From Minisyncoccota bacterium (GTDB taxonomy: Bacteria; Patescibacteriota; Minisyncoccia; UBA6257), in NCBI GenBank assembly GCA_035385585.1, contig DAOOKJ010000003.1, positions 1-60,333 on the forward strand: 60,333 nucleotides of DNA, read 5' to 3'. Under the pieces are notes generated by a model, which searched no databases, had not been told where the DNA came from, and saw only the letters and a program-made list of their open reading frames with translations. Made by a program: the position numbers and the translations under genes. Below are positions 9,996 to 17,938 of this stretch, in pieces (positions within the stretch are counted from its first letter, which is position 1; each line of letters begins with the position of its first letter).

Positions 9996-10871
9996 TTACA
10001 ATCTTTCCTTCATCCCATAAAAAAATTGCTGTTTTATCTCTTCTCCTTCCTTTTTGATTTTCTCCAGATCGTCATTTCTTACTATATCTTGAGACTCAAA
10101 ATAGTCCCAAGGAGGAACTAATTCGCTCTTTATTTTATTTTTAAGCTCTTTATCATTTATCTTCAATAAAGCTTCATTTATCATAGAACTGTTTTCCTCT
10201 TTCTTTATAAAAGAATTATAATACTCTAAATACTTTTCAACTAATAGCCTAACAGTTCCCGCTTTCACCGTTAACAAAATTCCTTGGTTTTTTTCTGTTT
10301 GTTGCATCTTTTTCTGCAAAACATCCTGAGCAATCGCAGTTGTAATTTGAATCGGGATAGCTTTTATTAATTCCTCTTTATTCTCATTTAACCTTTTTAC
10401 TACTAGAAAAGCGTCCGTGCCCTCCATCCGATCATCATAAGGAGAAGCCTGTTGGATTTCTACTTTGATATTATCCTCAGCTTTTATTAATCTGTCTTTT
10501 ATTAATTTCTCCTTTATCGCCTTTTGCATTTCCTCGCTGTTAATGTTCTTATGAAGATAACCAATGATTATCTTTTCACAAACAAAAGGAAAATTGATAG
10601 TTCTTTCCTTTTCTTTTTTATCAGCTATATTGGCCTCGCTCTCTCTTACCGCTTTAATGGTTTCTGGATTAGCACAGCCGCTTAATTTTCCCTTCCCTTG
10701 ATAAGTGGGAATATCATCAAAAAAAATTTGGAGGCTTGGCCAGATTTTTTTACAAAGGTCTCCTTCTTCTATTCTTTCATTTTCTTCTTTAGTAATTTCT
10801 TCGTTCTCCATTCTTATTATTTTTTCTTCCTCTCCAATAAAATTTAATTCTGAATAAGATTCTAAAGCCAT
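9996..10871 (-). CDS. Hypothetical protein (ORFan, Lys/Glu-rich)
   Basis: 291-aa uninterrupted ORF with host-like AT-rich composition and no motif recognised. Confidence 0.55.
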   Translation of the reverse strand: MALESYSELNFIGEEEKIIRMENEEITKEENERIEEGDLCKKIWPSLQIFFDDIPTYQGKGKLSGCANPETIKAVRESEANIADKKEKERTINFPFVCEKIIIGYLHKNINSEEMQKAIKEKLIKDRLIKAEDNIKVEIQQASPYDDRMEGTDAFLVVKRLNENKEELIKAIPIQITTAIAQDVLQKKMQQTEKNQGILLTVKAGTVRLLVEKYLEYYNSFIKKEENSSMINEALLKINDKELKNKIKSELVPPWDYFESQDIVRNDDLEKIKKEGEEIKQQFFYGMKERL

Positions 10872-10886
10872 ATTTTAAATAATTTA

Positions 10887-10966
10887 TGGTGGCATGTGCG
10901 GGATTTGGACCCACGTTTCATCCGTGAGAGGGATGCGTCCTAGACCGGGCTAGACGAACATGCCAC
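10887..10966 (-). tRNA. tRNA-Glu (anticodon CUC), CCA encoded
   Basis: Minus-strand GTGGCAT...ATGCCAC acceptor stem, TTCGTCTAG..GGAC D-arm typical of tRNA-Glu, anticodon stem-loop CATCC-CTCTCAC-GGATG, GGGTCCAAATCCC T-arm, terminal CCA. Confidence 0.85.
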
Positions 10967-11137
10967 ATAACTTTCAAGAGCCTTTCTGTTTTTTATTCTT
11001 TTAAGCCTCCTTTCCCACTGTCTTGCTTTTTTTAAAGTAAGAAATTCCTCCTGAGGTATTAAAATCCATAGGGAATAAAGCTTAGTCGAAAATACTTTAC
11101 CCTGGATCAGTAAAAGCTTCTTTTTCCGCAATAACAC
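10940..11137 (-). pseudogene. 5'-truncated GIY-YIG (UPF0213-like) nuclease remnant running into tRNA-Glu
   Basis: GKVFSTKLYSLWILIPQEEFLTLKKARQWERRLKRIKNRKALE resembles the C-terminal two thirds of short GIY-YIG proteins. The GIY/YIG N-terminal motifs are absent, there is only a GTG start, and the 3' end overlaps the tRNA by 27 nt. Confidence 0.4.
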
Positions 11138-11155
11138 CCTAAAAAATTTTTAGGA

Positions 11156-11557
11156 CTAAAAATATTCTTCTAAAAATCTCTTTAACTCCTCATTGGTTCT
11201 CTCATTTGAAGAAATCGTTTTTTCCATCCGTTCTTTTAACCATTGTTCAAACTTATTTTTGTCATCAAATTCTTCTTTATTTATAACCCAATGTTCATCG
11301 TGCATTGTTGAACCTAAAATCTGAATAATTATTTTATTTTTATCATCTTTATATAATCTGTAATCTTGTCCATATATCAAATTTAATATTTCTTCATATG
11401 TCTTCCATTTATCTCCATTTTCAGGTGAGGGGGGCGGTGGTGGTGGTGCTTCGGTTGTAAGCTCTGGCAAGTTTTTTGTTGGATTTTGTTCCATCTCTTT
11501 TGCTTCCTTCTCTTTTTCTTTTTTTTGAGGAGGCATTGACTCGAATTCAATAGGCAT
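11156..11557 (-). CDS. Hypothetical protein with poly-proline tract
   Basis: 133-aa ORF with a PPPPPPSP linker followed by a small globular part. No motif recognised. Confidence 0.55.
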   Translation of the reverse strand: MPIEFESMPPQKKEKEKEAKEMEQNPTKNLPELTTEAPPPPPPSPENGDKWKTYEEILNLIYGQDYRLYKDDKNKIIIQILGSTMHDEHWVINKEEFDDKNKFEQWLKERMEKTISSNERTNEELKRFLEEYF

Positions 11558-11664
11558 AATATCATTTTGAAGTTAAAGTTTAAATTCGACCTTTATAATT
11601 GTATAATTATTATTATTTATTTTCAATTAAAAATTTCTCTACTAAGGTCTTCATTTCTTCAGGA

Positions 11665-11838
11665 CTAATTAGAAATAATTGTTCCATTTGGCCATCTATA
11701 TGATGGATTGTAAGCAATAATCACATCAGCATAATTATACCCTATTTCCATAGATTTTTTGCAGGAACTTTCTATAAATACAGCTTTGCCGTTTAAAATT
11801 GTTTTTATTTTAGAGTTCTTTCTGGCTTTTTCTTTCAC
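11665..11838 (-). pseudogene. Decayed fragment paralogous to the middle of the 400-aa ORF at 15010-16212
   Basis: Translates to ARKNSKIKTILNGKAVFIESSCKKSMEIGYNYADVIIAYNPSYRWPNGTI against ARKNSKIELFADNTIAFIEGTHKRAMEIGYENADIIVAYNPKFDWGNGII in the 400-aa protein, about half identical. It has no proper start and begins 1 nt after the stop of the 672-aa gene. Confidence 0.6.
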
Positions 11839-11839
11839 G

Positions 11840-13858
11840 TTATTTTGTAATTTTAATTTTTTCTCGAAATAAGGGATATTGATTTTTGAAATTTTCTATC
11901 TCCTGCATTTTTTTATAAGCATCATTTTTAGGGATAAAAATATTAATGTCGTCTACTTCTTCCAAATTTATGGCTCCTTTAATTACTGCTACGATATAAG
12001 GTTCTATCTGTGGATTATCATTCAGTGTAGTAATTGGTTCTAATACTAATCCTGGTAATGCTCTTTTAATATTAAGTATAGATTTTATTATAGAAATATG
12101 TTCTAATGAAAATGAAAAGTAATCCTTGTTATGACCTTCAAAATAAAAAAAGATGCGATCTTTAAGATTTATCGGTTTTATTAAGAAGAAAACGTCGCCA
12201 TACCCTCCCCCTGTACCCCCTCTTTTAAACTCGTTGAAATTTACTGTTTGTCGCCCCCCGATAAAAGTTCCATAAACTAATGGAGTGCCACGTTCAAAAC
12301 CAAAGTCCATTTCTTGAGGATGTATGGCATTTCCCTTAAGTTCTAATTCACCCCAATATAGAGGATCCTTTTCCCTCATCTTTATTAGCTCTAGAGTCGG
12401 ATAAATATATCCTGTGTCTAAAATCTTTTCTAAACTCTTAAAATCTCGATTAGTACAAATATAATTCTGTTTGTTAACTAACTCTTGTTGCTGTTTTAGC
12501 AGTTGAAAAACTAATTTCTTATCAAACTTTTTTGTATATCTTTCTTTATTTTTATAAAATATTTTTTGACTCTCTTGATCAGCTTCGATTTGATCTTGTG
12601 CACTAATGGCTTTTTCTCGTACTTTATCTCCCATTGTATTAGAAATTAAATAAAACAAACTATGATATAAACCATTATCAGATACGTTACGTAATAACTG
12701 TTCTTGTCCAATGTAAGGTATTGGTTTGTCTAAAATTTTTGTTATACCTTCATCTAATAAAATCGATATATTCTCTTTTGGGGCACGACTTACTTCTTCC
12801 ATTTTTATTAAGTCGGGTAAGTGTGACACTGCAAAATCTTTTAATTTCACTGATAGATTATGTATTTGTATTATATTAAGATTTTTTTTCTTGTTATCAG
12901 ACGTTATATTCATCATTTGCTCGAGATTAATATCTTGCTCCTTGAAATCATCTAATGCCTTATGAATATGGTAGATAACCCACTCTAAATCTTTTTTCAA
13001 TGTTCCAAAACCATTATCAGTATAGTAATCGATATCTATATCTATTAAATTTCCTTTCTGAATTTGTTCCTCTAAATTTTGTCTTTGATTTTCTCGTTCC
13101 TTTTGTTTGTTTAATAGTAACGAAAAGTACTCTAATTTTCTTTTGTCTCCATTTTGCCCATACTGTTTTTGTAAAATTTGACTCGCACCTTCTAAAGTAT
13201 TAATTAATTTATTCGCTACTTCGGAAATGGTTTCTTCTTTATAAGAAGATACAATATCTTCTAATGCTTTATCTAAAGCAACAGAATCTCTTTTGTCTAT
13301 TATATTCATTAATTCGGTAATCTCTGATTTAATCAATTGCATTTCTTTACTTAATCGTGTTTCTGCAAATAACTTATTTTTTTGTTTAACCTTAATACCG
13401 CCATAGATAGAGGATACAGTAAAAAATTCCGCTAATTGTGTTCTTGTATTTTTGAAAGACTCAATATTTATTCTCTTAATATTAGAATCTATTTTTGAAT
13501 CGTTTTCTATATTTTGTTTATAATATTCTTCGTCCCTCAATGTTACTTTAAAGTATGGGAATACTTCTGCCTCTAAATAATCCATAAGCTCTTTTTTCTC
13601 AAGGGAATCTCCGTACAAACCTTTGTTTATTAACCAATAGGAATTGAACATTTCACTTAGATATTCTTTGGAATAATTTGCATTTGCTCCTCGCTTATCT
13701 GGAGTTTTTTGAACTTTATCTTCTGGTTTATAAGTATCCTCATTTAACTTATTTAAAACATTAGGAGATTGATTTTCTATCTGTTGATCAGGATTATCCA
13801 GCGAACCGCTTCCGCTAAATACCTCTGGTGAATAATTAATTTGATTGAAATTAGGCAT
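11840..13858 (-). CDS. Large hypothetical protein (672 aa from the internal ATG)
   Basis: Long uninterrupted ORF. I prefer the start MPNFNQINYSPE at 13858 because it matches the N-terminus of the 400-aa ORF. The track start at 13909 would overlap the dehydratase remnant. Confidence 0.65.
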   Translation of the reverse strand: MPNFNQINYSPEVFSGSGSLDNPDQQIENQSPNVLNKLNEDTYKPEDKVQKTPDKRGANANYSKEYLSEMFNSYWLINKGLYGDSLEKKELMDYLEAEVFPYFKVTLRDEEYYKQNIENDSKIDSNIKRINIESFKNTRTQLAEFFTVSSIYGGIKVKQKNKLFAETRLSKEMQLIKSEITELMNIIDKRDSVALDKALEDIVSSYKEETISEVANKLINTLEGASQILQKQYGQNGDKRKLEYFSLLLNKQKERENQRQNLEEQIQKGNLIDIDIDYYTDNGFGTLKKDLEWVIYHIHKALDDFKEQDINLEQMMNITSDNKKKNLNIIQIHNLSVKLKDFAVSHLPDLIKMEEVSRAPKENISILLDEGITKILDKPIPYIGQEQLLRNVSDNGLYHSLFYLISNTMGDKVREKAISAQDQIEADQESQKIFYKNKERYTKKFDKKLVFQLLKQQQELVNKQNYICTNRDFKSLEKILDTGYIYPTLELIKMREKDPLYWGELELKGNAIHPQEMDFGFERGTPLVYGTFIGGRQTVNFNEFKRGGTGGGYGDVFFLIKPINLKDRIFFYFEGHNKDYFSFSLEHISIIKSILNIKRALPGLVLEPITTLNDNPQIEPYIVAVIKGAINLEEVDDINIFIPKNDAYKKMQEIENFKNQYPLFREKIKITK

Positions 13859-13862
13859 AATT

Positions 13863-14228
13863 TTATATTTCTGAGCAATTAGTGGCACCCATAATAGCAT
13901 CATCGCCATAATTAATTTTTATTCGTTCCCTATTAGTTATAATATCTCTTCTACCTTTAGCACAGATAGTAATTCCAATTGTTTTAGAAAGATTTTTAAC
14001 AAATTCAACTTTATCTAAAAAATTCTCTGGCATTTGCAAATTGTAATAATCACTCATTGATTTTAATTCACCGCTATTTGGTGTTACTATTACTTTTGCC
14101 TTTTTTAATTTATCAATATATTTTGTTTCTAAAATAATACCTATTGCATTAGCATCTATATAGAAAAACCAGGTTATTCTCTCTTTCGCTGTTCTTATAT
14201 TTATTGACTTTTTCTGCTCTAAATTGAA
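13863..14228 (-). pseudogene. NAD(P)HX dehydratase (YjeF C-terminal/NnrD-like) internal fragment
   Basis: The open frame reads ...FYIDANAIGIIL...KAKVIVTPNSGELKSM...ITICAKGRRDIITN...INYGDDAIMGATNCSEI*. This matches the vIDADAL / LTPHxGE / vlKG..tvI / tGnpgmatgGsGDvL order of the family, but about 80 N-terminal and about 70 C-terminal residues are missing, and the only Met gives 64 aa. Confidence 0.6.
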
Positions 14229-14251
14229 TTACATAAATTCTATTCTAAAAT

Positions 14252-14965
14252 TTAGCTATTTTTATTGTTTGGATTCTTAACATTTTTTTCTTTTTCTCTT
14301 TTATCATCCTCCTTAAAACCGATTTCCTCCCCGGGCTCCTCTGGTTCCAATTCCCCTAAAATTTCCTCTTCTAAAGTTTGGCTACTACCCTCCTTTTTAT
14401 TTACAACATCTATTGTAATTTCATCTAGTGGAACAGCCGCCTTCAAGGGGCCGTGTCTATACCGCACAGATTCTCTTATGAATTCTTTAATATATATATA
14501 ATATTGAGAAAACCGCCAACTTTTATCCTCTCTTGCCTTATAACCACTTTTTCCCAACATTTGGGTTAAGACATGTTCTATTAAGTCTTCCTCATCAAAA
14601 GGATAAAGATATTTATTAATTTCACCTTTTAAAACCCCCATCTGTCCAAAATGAGAAATCATAGCTTGTTTAATTTCTTCTTTAAGCAATTCATAATTTT
14701 CTTCAAACCACTTATCATCTCTTTTTTCTATCCGAGTATGGTAATTAAGATAAAGCCACCCCCTCTTTTTTGCTCTTAAAGCAGTATCCTTTGAAACACC
14801 AAACTTTTTCCTAATCTCTTGAGTAGTTAGTTGAGGGTCAATAAGAATCTTTTTTCTTTCTATTGATTCGCCTCTTTTTTGGTTAGAACCATTTTCTTCA
14901 TTTTCTTCATCTTCTTTTTTTTTATCTTTCATTTGACTCTGATAAATTTTGTCTAAATTTTCCAT
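14252..14965 (-). CDS. Hypothetical protein with N-terminal helix-turn-helix, acidic tail
   Basis: LTTQEIRKKFGVSKDTALRAKKRGW looks like a sigma-region-4/terminase-small-subunit style HTH. The rest is unassigned. Confidence 0.55.
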   Translation of the reverse strand: MENLDKIYQSQMKDKKKEDEENEENGSNQKRGESIERKKILIDPQLTTQEIRKKFGVSKDTALRAKKRGWLYLNYHTRIEKRDDKWFEENYELLKEEIKQAMISHFGQMGVLKGEINKYLYPFDEEDLIEHVLTQMLGKSGYKAREDKSWRFSQYYIYIKEFIRESVRYRHGPLKAAVPLDEITIDVVNKKEGSSQTLEEEILGELEPEEPGEEIGFKEDDKREKEKNVKNPNNKNS

Positions 14966-15009
14966 GAATTTAAATGTTTTATATTTATATTACGCCCTTA
15001 AAAATTAAA

Positions 15010-16212
15010 TTAGCCTTCTTTAAAACGTAATTCTATCTCCTCTCTCAATTCTCTCAACTGCTTCAATCTTTCTTCCTTACTTTTTATCAAATTTTTCAAA
15101 TTATTCATTTTTTCCTCTAAATCTCCTAAAGTACTATCATCACGCAACCCAAAAATTTTTTTAATTTCTTCAACCGCTGTCCCCCTCCTGTAATTACTAT
15201 CTTTTATAGAAAGAGTTATTTCATTCTCTAAACGCCTTAAACTCACTATTTTATCTTCTAGCATTACTTCTTCCATATAATTTTTAATTTGTTCCGGAGT
15301 AAGCAAGGGGTCTTTTCCAATCGGTGAACCAATAATATTCTGCTGACCGCCCCACTTTGGGTCAATTTTTTTTAATCTCTCTAATAATTTTTTAATATCA
15401 AAATCTACATTATTATCTCTTCTTGCAATGGTAAACTTTGGCGTAATAATTCCGTTTCCCCAATCAAACTTAGGATTATAAGCAACAATTATATCGGCAT
15501 TTTCATATCCTATCTCCATTGCTCTCTTATGCGTTCCTTCTATAAAAGCAATTGTATTGTCAGCGAATAATTCTATTTTAGAATTTTTTCTTGCTTCTTC
15601 TAAACTTTCCTTATCTTTTAAATATAATTCTTCAATTTCTTTGTCTTCCACTTCATTTGTCAAAAGTTTTTTAACAAACAAAAGATTCTCTTCTATTGGT
15701 TTCCTTTCTTCAAAAACTTTATAATAAGCGGCTCGCAATTTCTGATTTGCCTCAGTCCAATCTTTATCTTCAATTTTTAATAATTCTTGTCCTTGTTCTT
15801 TAAAAACTTTTGGTCCTAATCTATCTAAAATTCCTATTGCCTTGGCTAAATTTTCATCAAAATTTTTATTTTCTTTTCTTAGCATTAAAACCGCCATTGC
15901 GCCTAAAGAATCCAAATCCTGACGAACAGTTGCCATTTTCCCTTCTGAAACTTTAGATAAATCAAATTCTAAAGCCTGTTCAATTGCTGAAGGAGTTTCG
16001 GGAGTATCATTATCTTTATGATGGTCAAGATTTATTCCTTCAAAACCAGGAGTGGTAATTTCTATCCCTATTTCAATTCCTTCGTAATTAGGTTCTTTCG
16101 GGTTTATAATAGTGACTTCGGATTTAATTTTTTCTAACTCAATTTTATCTTTGTTATCCGGGCCACCACCTCCTTCTTCAGGTGAATAAAAAGTTTGATT
16201 TAAATTAAGCAT
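15010..16212 (-). CDS. Hypothetical protein (400 aa)
   Basis: Uninterrupted ORF. Its N-terminus MLNLNQTFYSPE is shared with the 672-aa ORF. It contains NLDHH and DLDSLGAMAVL strings reminiscent of DHH-family motifs but in non-canonical order, so it is not assigned. Confidence 0.65.
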   Translation of the reverse strand: MLNLNQTFYSPEEGGGGPDNKDKIELEKIKSEVTIINPKEPNYEGIEIGIEITTPGFEGINLDHHKDNDTPETPSAIEQALEFDLSKVSEGKMATVRQDLDSLGAMAVLMLRKENKNFDENLAKAIGILDRLGPKVFKEQGQELLKIEDKDWTEANQKLRAAYYKVFEERKPIEENLLFVKKLLTNEVEDKEIEELYLKDKESLEEARKNSKIELFADNTIAFIEGTHKRAMEIGYENADIIVAYNPKFDWGNGIITPKFTIARRDNNVDFDIKKLLERLKKIDPKWGGQQNIIGSPIGKDPLLTPEQIKNYMEEVMLEDKIVSLRRLENEITLSIKDSNYRRGTAVEEIKKIFGLRDDSTLGDLEEKMNNLKNLIKSKEERLKQLRELREEIELRFKEG

Positions 16213-16284
16213 ATTTTTTATTAATTTATATTTACCTCTACATTATATCACTCATATCTAGAATTATCAAAGAATTATGATAAA

Positions 16285-16470
16285 CCTCTGAAGGGCAGAC
16301 TAATCGGATAAAATATTTAAAAAAGTAGTGAAGGAGAGAGTTTTTTATCCTCCATAGCTTTAAGCGTAGGGGGATTCCTTCGTTCCTGAAAATCAGGGGA
16401 AGGGGCACTACTCTTTTTATATCCTTTTTGTCTGCCCTTCAGAGGTAACGACTGAAATTTAAGTCGCTAC
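16285..16470 (-). promoter_or_regulatory. Structured 5' leader domain upstream of the 400-aa ORF
   Basis: A perfect 16-bp closing helix, cctctgaagggcagac (16285-16300) with gtctgcccttcagagg (16430-16445), encloses 129 nt with nested helices (gtagtg/cactac, cctga-aaa-tcagg, ggata/tatcc). A further hairpin follows at 16445-16470. Confidence 0.45.
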
Positions 16471-16484
16471 TTAATTACTGATGT

Positions 16485-16515
16485 ATTATAGCACATTACT
16501 TCTCTCCTCCTTCAA
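16485..16515 (-). promoter_or_regulatory. Putative extended -10 promoter for the 400-aa ORF
   Basis: Minus strand reads GTAATGTGCTATAAT, the same 15-mer as promoter P1 at 22583-22597. The -35 is weak (TTGAAG at 19-nt spacing). Confidence 0.4.
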
Positions 16516-16600
16516 ACCTAAGATAAAAAATCTTAAACTTGAAGGAAGAAAGGAGGTTTTAACCCAATTATGGAAACCTCCCAAAAACTCCATTTAAACC
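16499..16600 (-). repeat. Hairpin module copy 1 (long hairpin H1 plus GGAGGTTT/AAACCTCC extension)
   Basis: Arms cttctctcctccttcaa and ttgaaggaagaaaggagg, followed by ttttaacccaattatggaaacctcc. This copy lacks the second, shorter hairpin H2 that accompanies H1 in copies 2-5; the promoter above replaces it. Confidence 0.7.
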
Positions 16601-16623
16601 CATTTACTCGTTCGATTTTATAT

Positions 16624-16800
16624 TTATAGAACTACCTGTGTAGCGATGAGAACAACGAAAATCCACAAGAAAAACTTAAGGGTGAACTTTACAAATTCAT
16701 CCTCATCGTCCACTAGCTCATTTATCGTAAGGTGAAGAAAGCCACCAAGATAGGAGAGCACTAAACAAAACAAAATTTTTAAAATGATCTCCTTCACCAT
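16624..16800 (-). CDS. 58-aa two-TM mini-protein (below the ORF-track cutoff)
   Basis: AAGGAGG, then 5 nt, then ATG. Translates to MVKEIILKILFCLVLSYLGGFLHLTINELVDDEDEFVKFTLKFFLWIFVVLIATQVVL. Paralogous to the 50-aa ORF at 17939-18091. Confidence 0.6.
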   Translation of the reverse strand: MVKEIILKILFCLVLSYLGGFLHLTINELVDDEDEFVKFTLKFFLWIFVVLIATQVVL

Positions 16801-16805
16801 CTTTA

Positions 16806-17044
16806 CCTCCTTTTTCTCCTTTTGTTCCCTGCTATTACTGGTCAGGTATCCAGGAGAAACTGGATCTCAGATCCTCTAAGATCCAGTATTAAAAAGACAA
16901 TGATTTTTCTTCTTAATGCTGAATCTTAGAACTCATTCCAAGAAGTTTTTCTCTTCCTTTTCAAGGTGCTAAGAGGATTTCTCCTCCTTCAAATCTAAGA
17001 CTCATTGTCTTAAACTTGAAGAAAGAGAGGAGGTTTTAACCCAA
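16806..17044 (-). repeat. 239-bp direct repeat, copy A (leader of the 58-aa ORF; contains module copy 2)
   Basis: Base-for-base identical to 17669-17907 by manual comparison. Begins at the SD (cctcc) and ends at ttttaacccaa. Confidence 0.9.
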
Positions 17045-17102
17045 CTTTGCTACCAAGCACCTCCTCAAAAAAATTAAACTTGATAGCAAAACAATATAGC
17101 TA

Positions 17103-17663
17103 CTAGCTAATTATTATATCTATAATTCTCCCCTCTGGAGGGGGAGAAAAGAACCCTAATATTCTTCTTTTTACCACTATATTCTTCCCTTCTTTGAGGG
17201 CTCTATAAGCCCTCAATTCATTGTGGCACCATCCACATAATTTTAAAAAGGATTCGAGATCATTCTCTGTTGTCCCTATAAACTTTAGAGACACTATTTC
17301 TCCCTCGAAATTCGCTTTGACTATTTTTTTCAAGTTAACTGAATCTAAAAAACTCTTTAAGTAATCTGTCATACTGGAAGTGTTAACTGCATCTACTCTT
17401 CTTCTAATATCTTCAAACAGGTCTCCTAAATTTTTATAAATATCAATTCCTGTTTGAGATAGGATGAACTCTCTAACTTTTTCATATTCTTCCCATGTGC
17501 CTGTCATTAATCCTTTCACCCAATCACTTTTCAATGTAAAAGTGATTGGGGATACTTGTGGGATACGCAAATAGTATCCTGTTCCTGCGTTCCATCCTTT
17601 ACTGCCGAAGCTTTCATACCCGGCCTCGGCATCTATTAATCCAAATAATTTTATTTGGACCAT
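17103..17663 (-). CDS. Hypothetical protein (186 aa)
   Basis: AAGGAGG, then 5 nt, then ATG. Uninterrupted ORF, G+C-richer than host genes, no motif recognised. Confidence 0.65.
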   Translation of the reverse strand: MVQIKLFGLIDAEAGYESFGSKGWNAGTGYYLRIPQVSPITFTLKSDWVKGLMTGTWEEYEKVREFILSQTGIDIYKNLGDLFEDIRRRVDAVNTSSMTDYLKSFLDSVNLKKIVKANFEGEIVSLKFIGTTENDLESFLKLCGWCHNELRAYRALKEGKNIVVKRRILGFFSPPPEGRIIDIIIS

Positions 17664-17668
17664 CTCTT

Positions 17669-17907
17669 CCTCCTTTTTCTCCTTTTGTTCCCTGCTATTA
17701 CTGGTCAGGTATCCAGGAGAAACTGGATCTCAGATCCTCTAAGATCCAGTATTAAAAAGACAATGATTTTTCTTCTTAATGCTGAATCTTAGAACTCATT
17801 CCAAGAAGTTTTTCTCTTCCTTTTCAAGGTGCTAAGAGGATTTCTCCTCCTTCAAATCTAAGACTCATTGTCTTAAACTTGAAGAAAGAGAGGAGGTTTT
17901 AACCCAA
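17669..17907 (-). repeat. 239-bp direct repeat, copy B (leader of the 186-aa ORF; contains module copy 3)
   Basis: Identical to 16806-17044. Confidence 0.9.
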
Positions 17908-17938
17908 TTATGGAGACCTCCTAAAACTCCATAACCCA

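Noticed and set aside
10887-10966. tRNA-Glu as an integrase attachment site for the island.
   Set aside because: No integrase or recombinase gene was found. No direct repeat of the tRNA 3' end was seen at 16.2 or 22.65 kb. The GC-shifted island lies on the 5' side of the tRNA, 5 kb away.
11383-11565. Track ORF of 60 aa overlapping the 133-aa ORF in another frame.
   Set aside because: It is a Lys/His-rich translation of the same poly-purine/proline tract. The 133-aa frame is longer and more protein-like.
13859-13909. The 17-codon N-terminal extension of the 689-aa track ORF.
   Set aside because: It overlaps the dehydratase remnant. The downstream Met reproduces the N-terminus shared with the 400-aa ORF.
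16285-16445. Retron msr/msd-type ncRNA, because of the long flanking inverted repeat.
   Set aside because: No reverse transcriptase is nearby. No YxDD motif occurs in the 400-aa or 672-aa ORFs.
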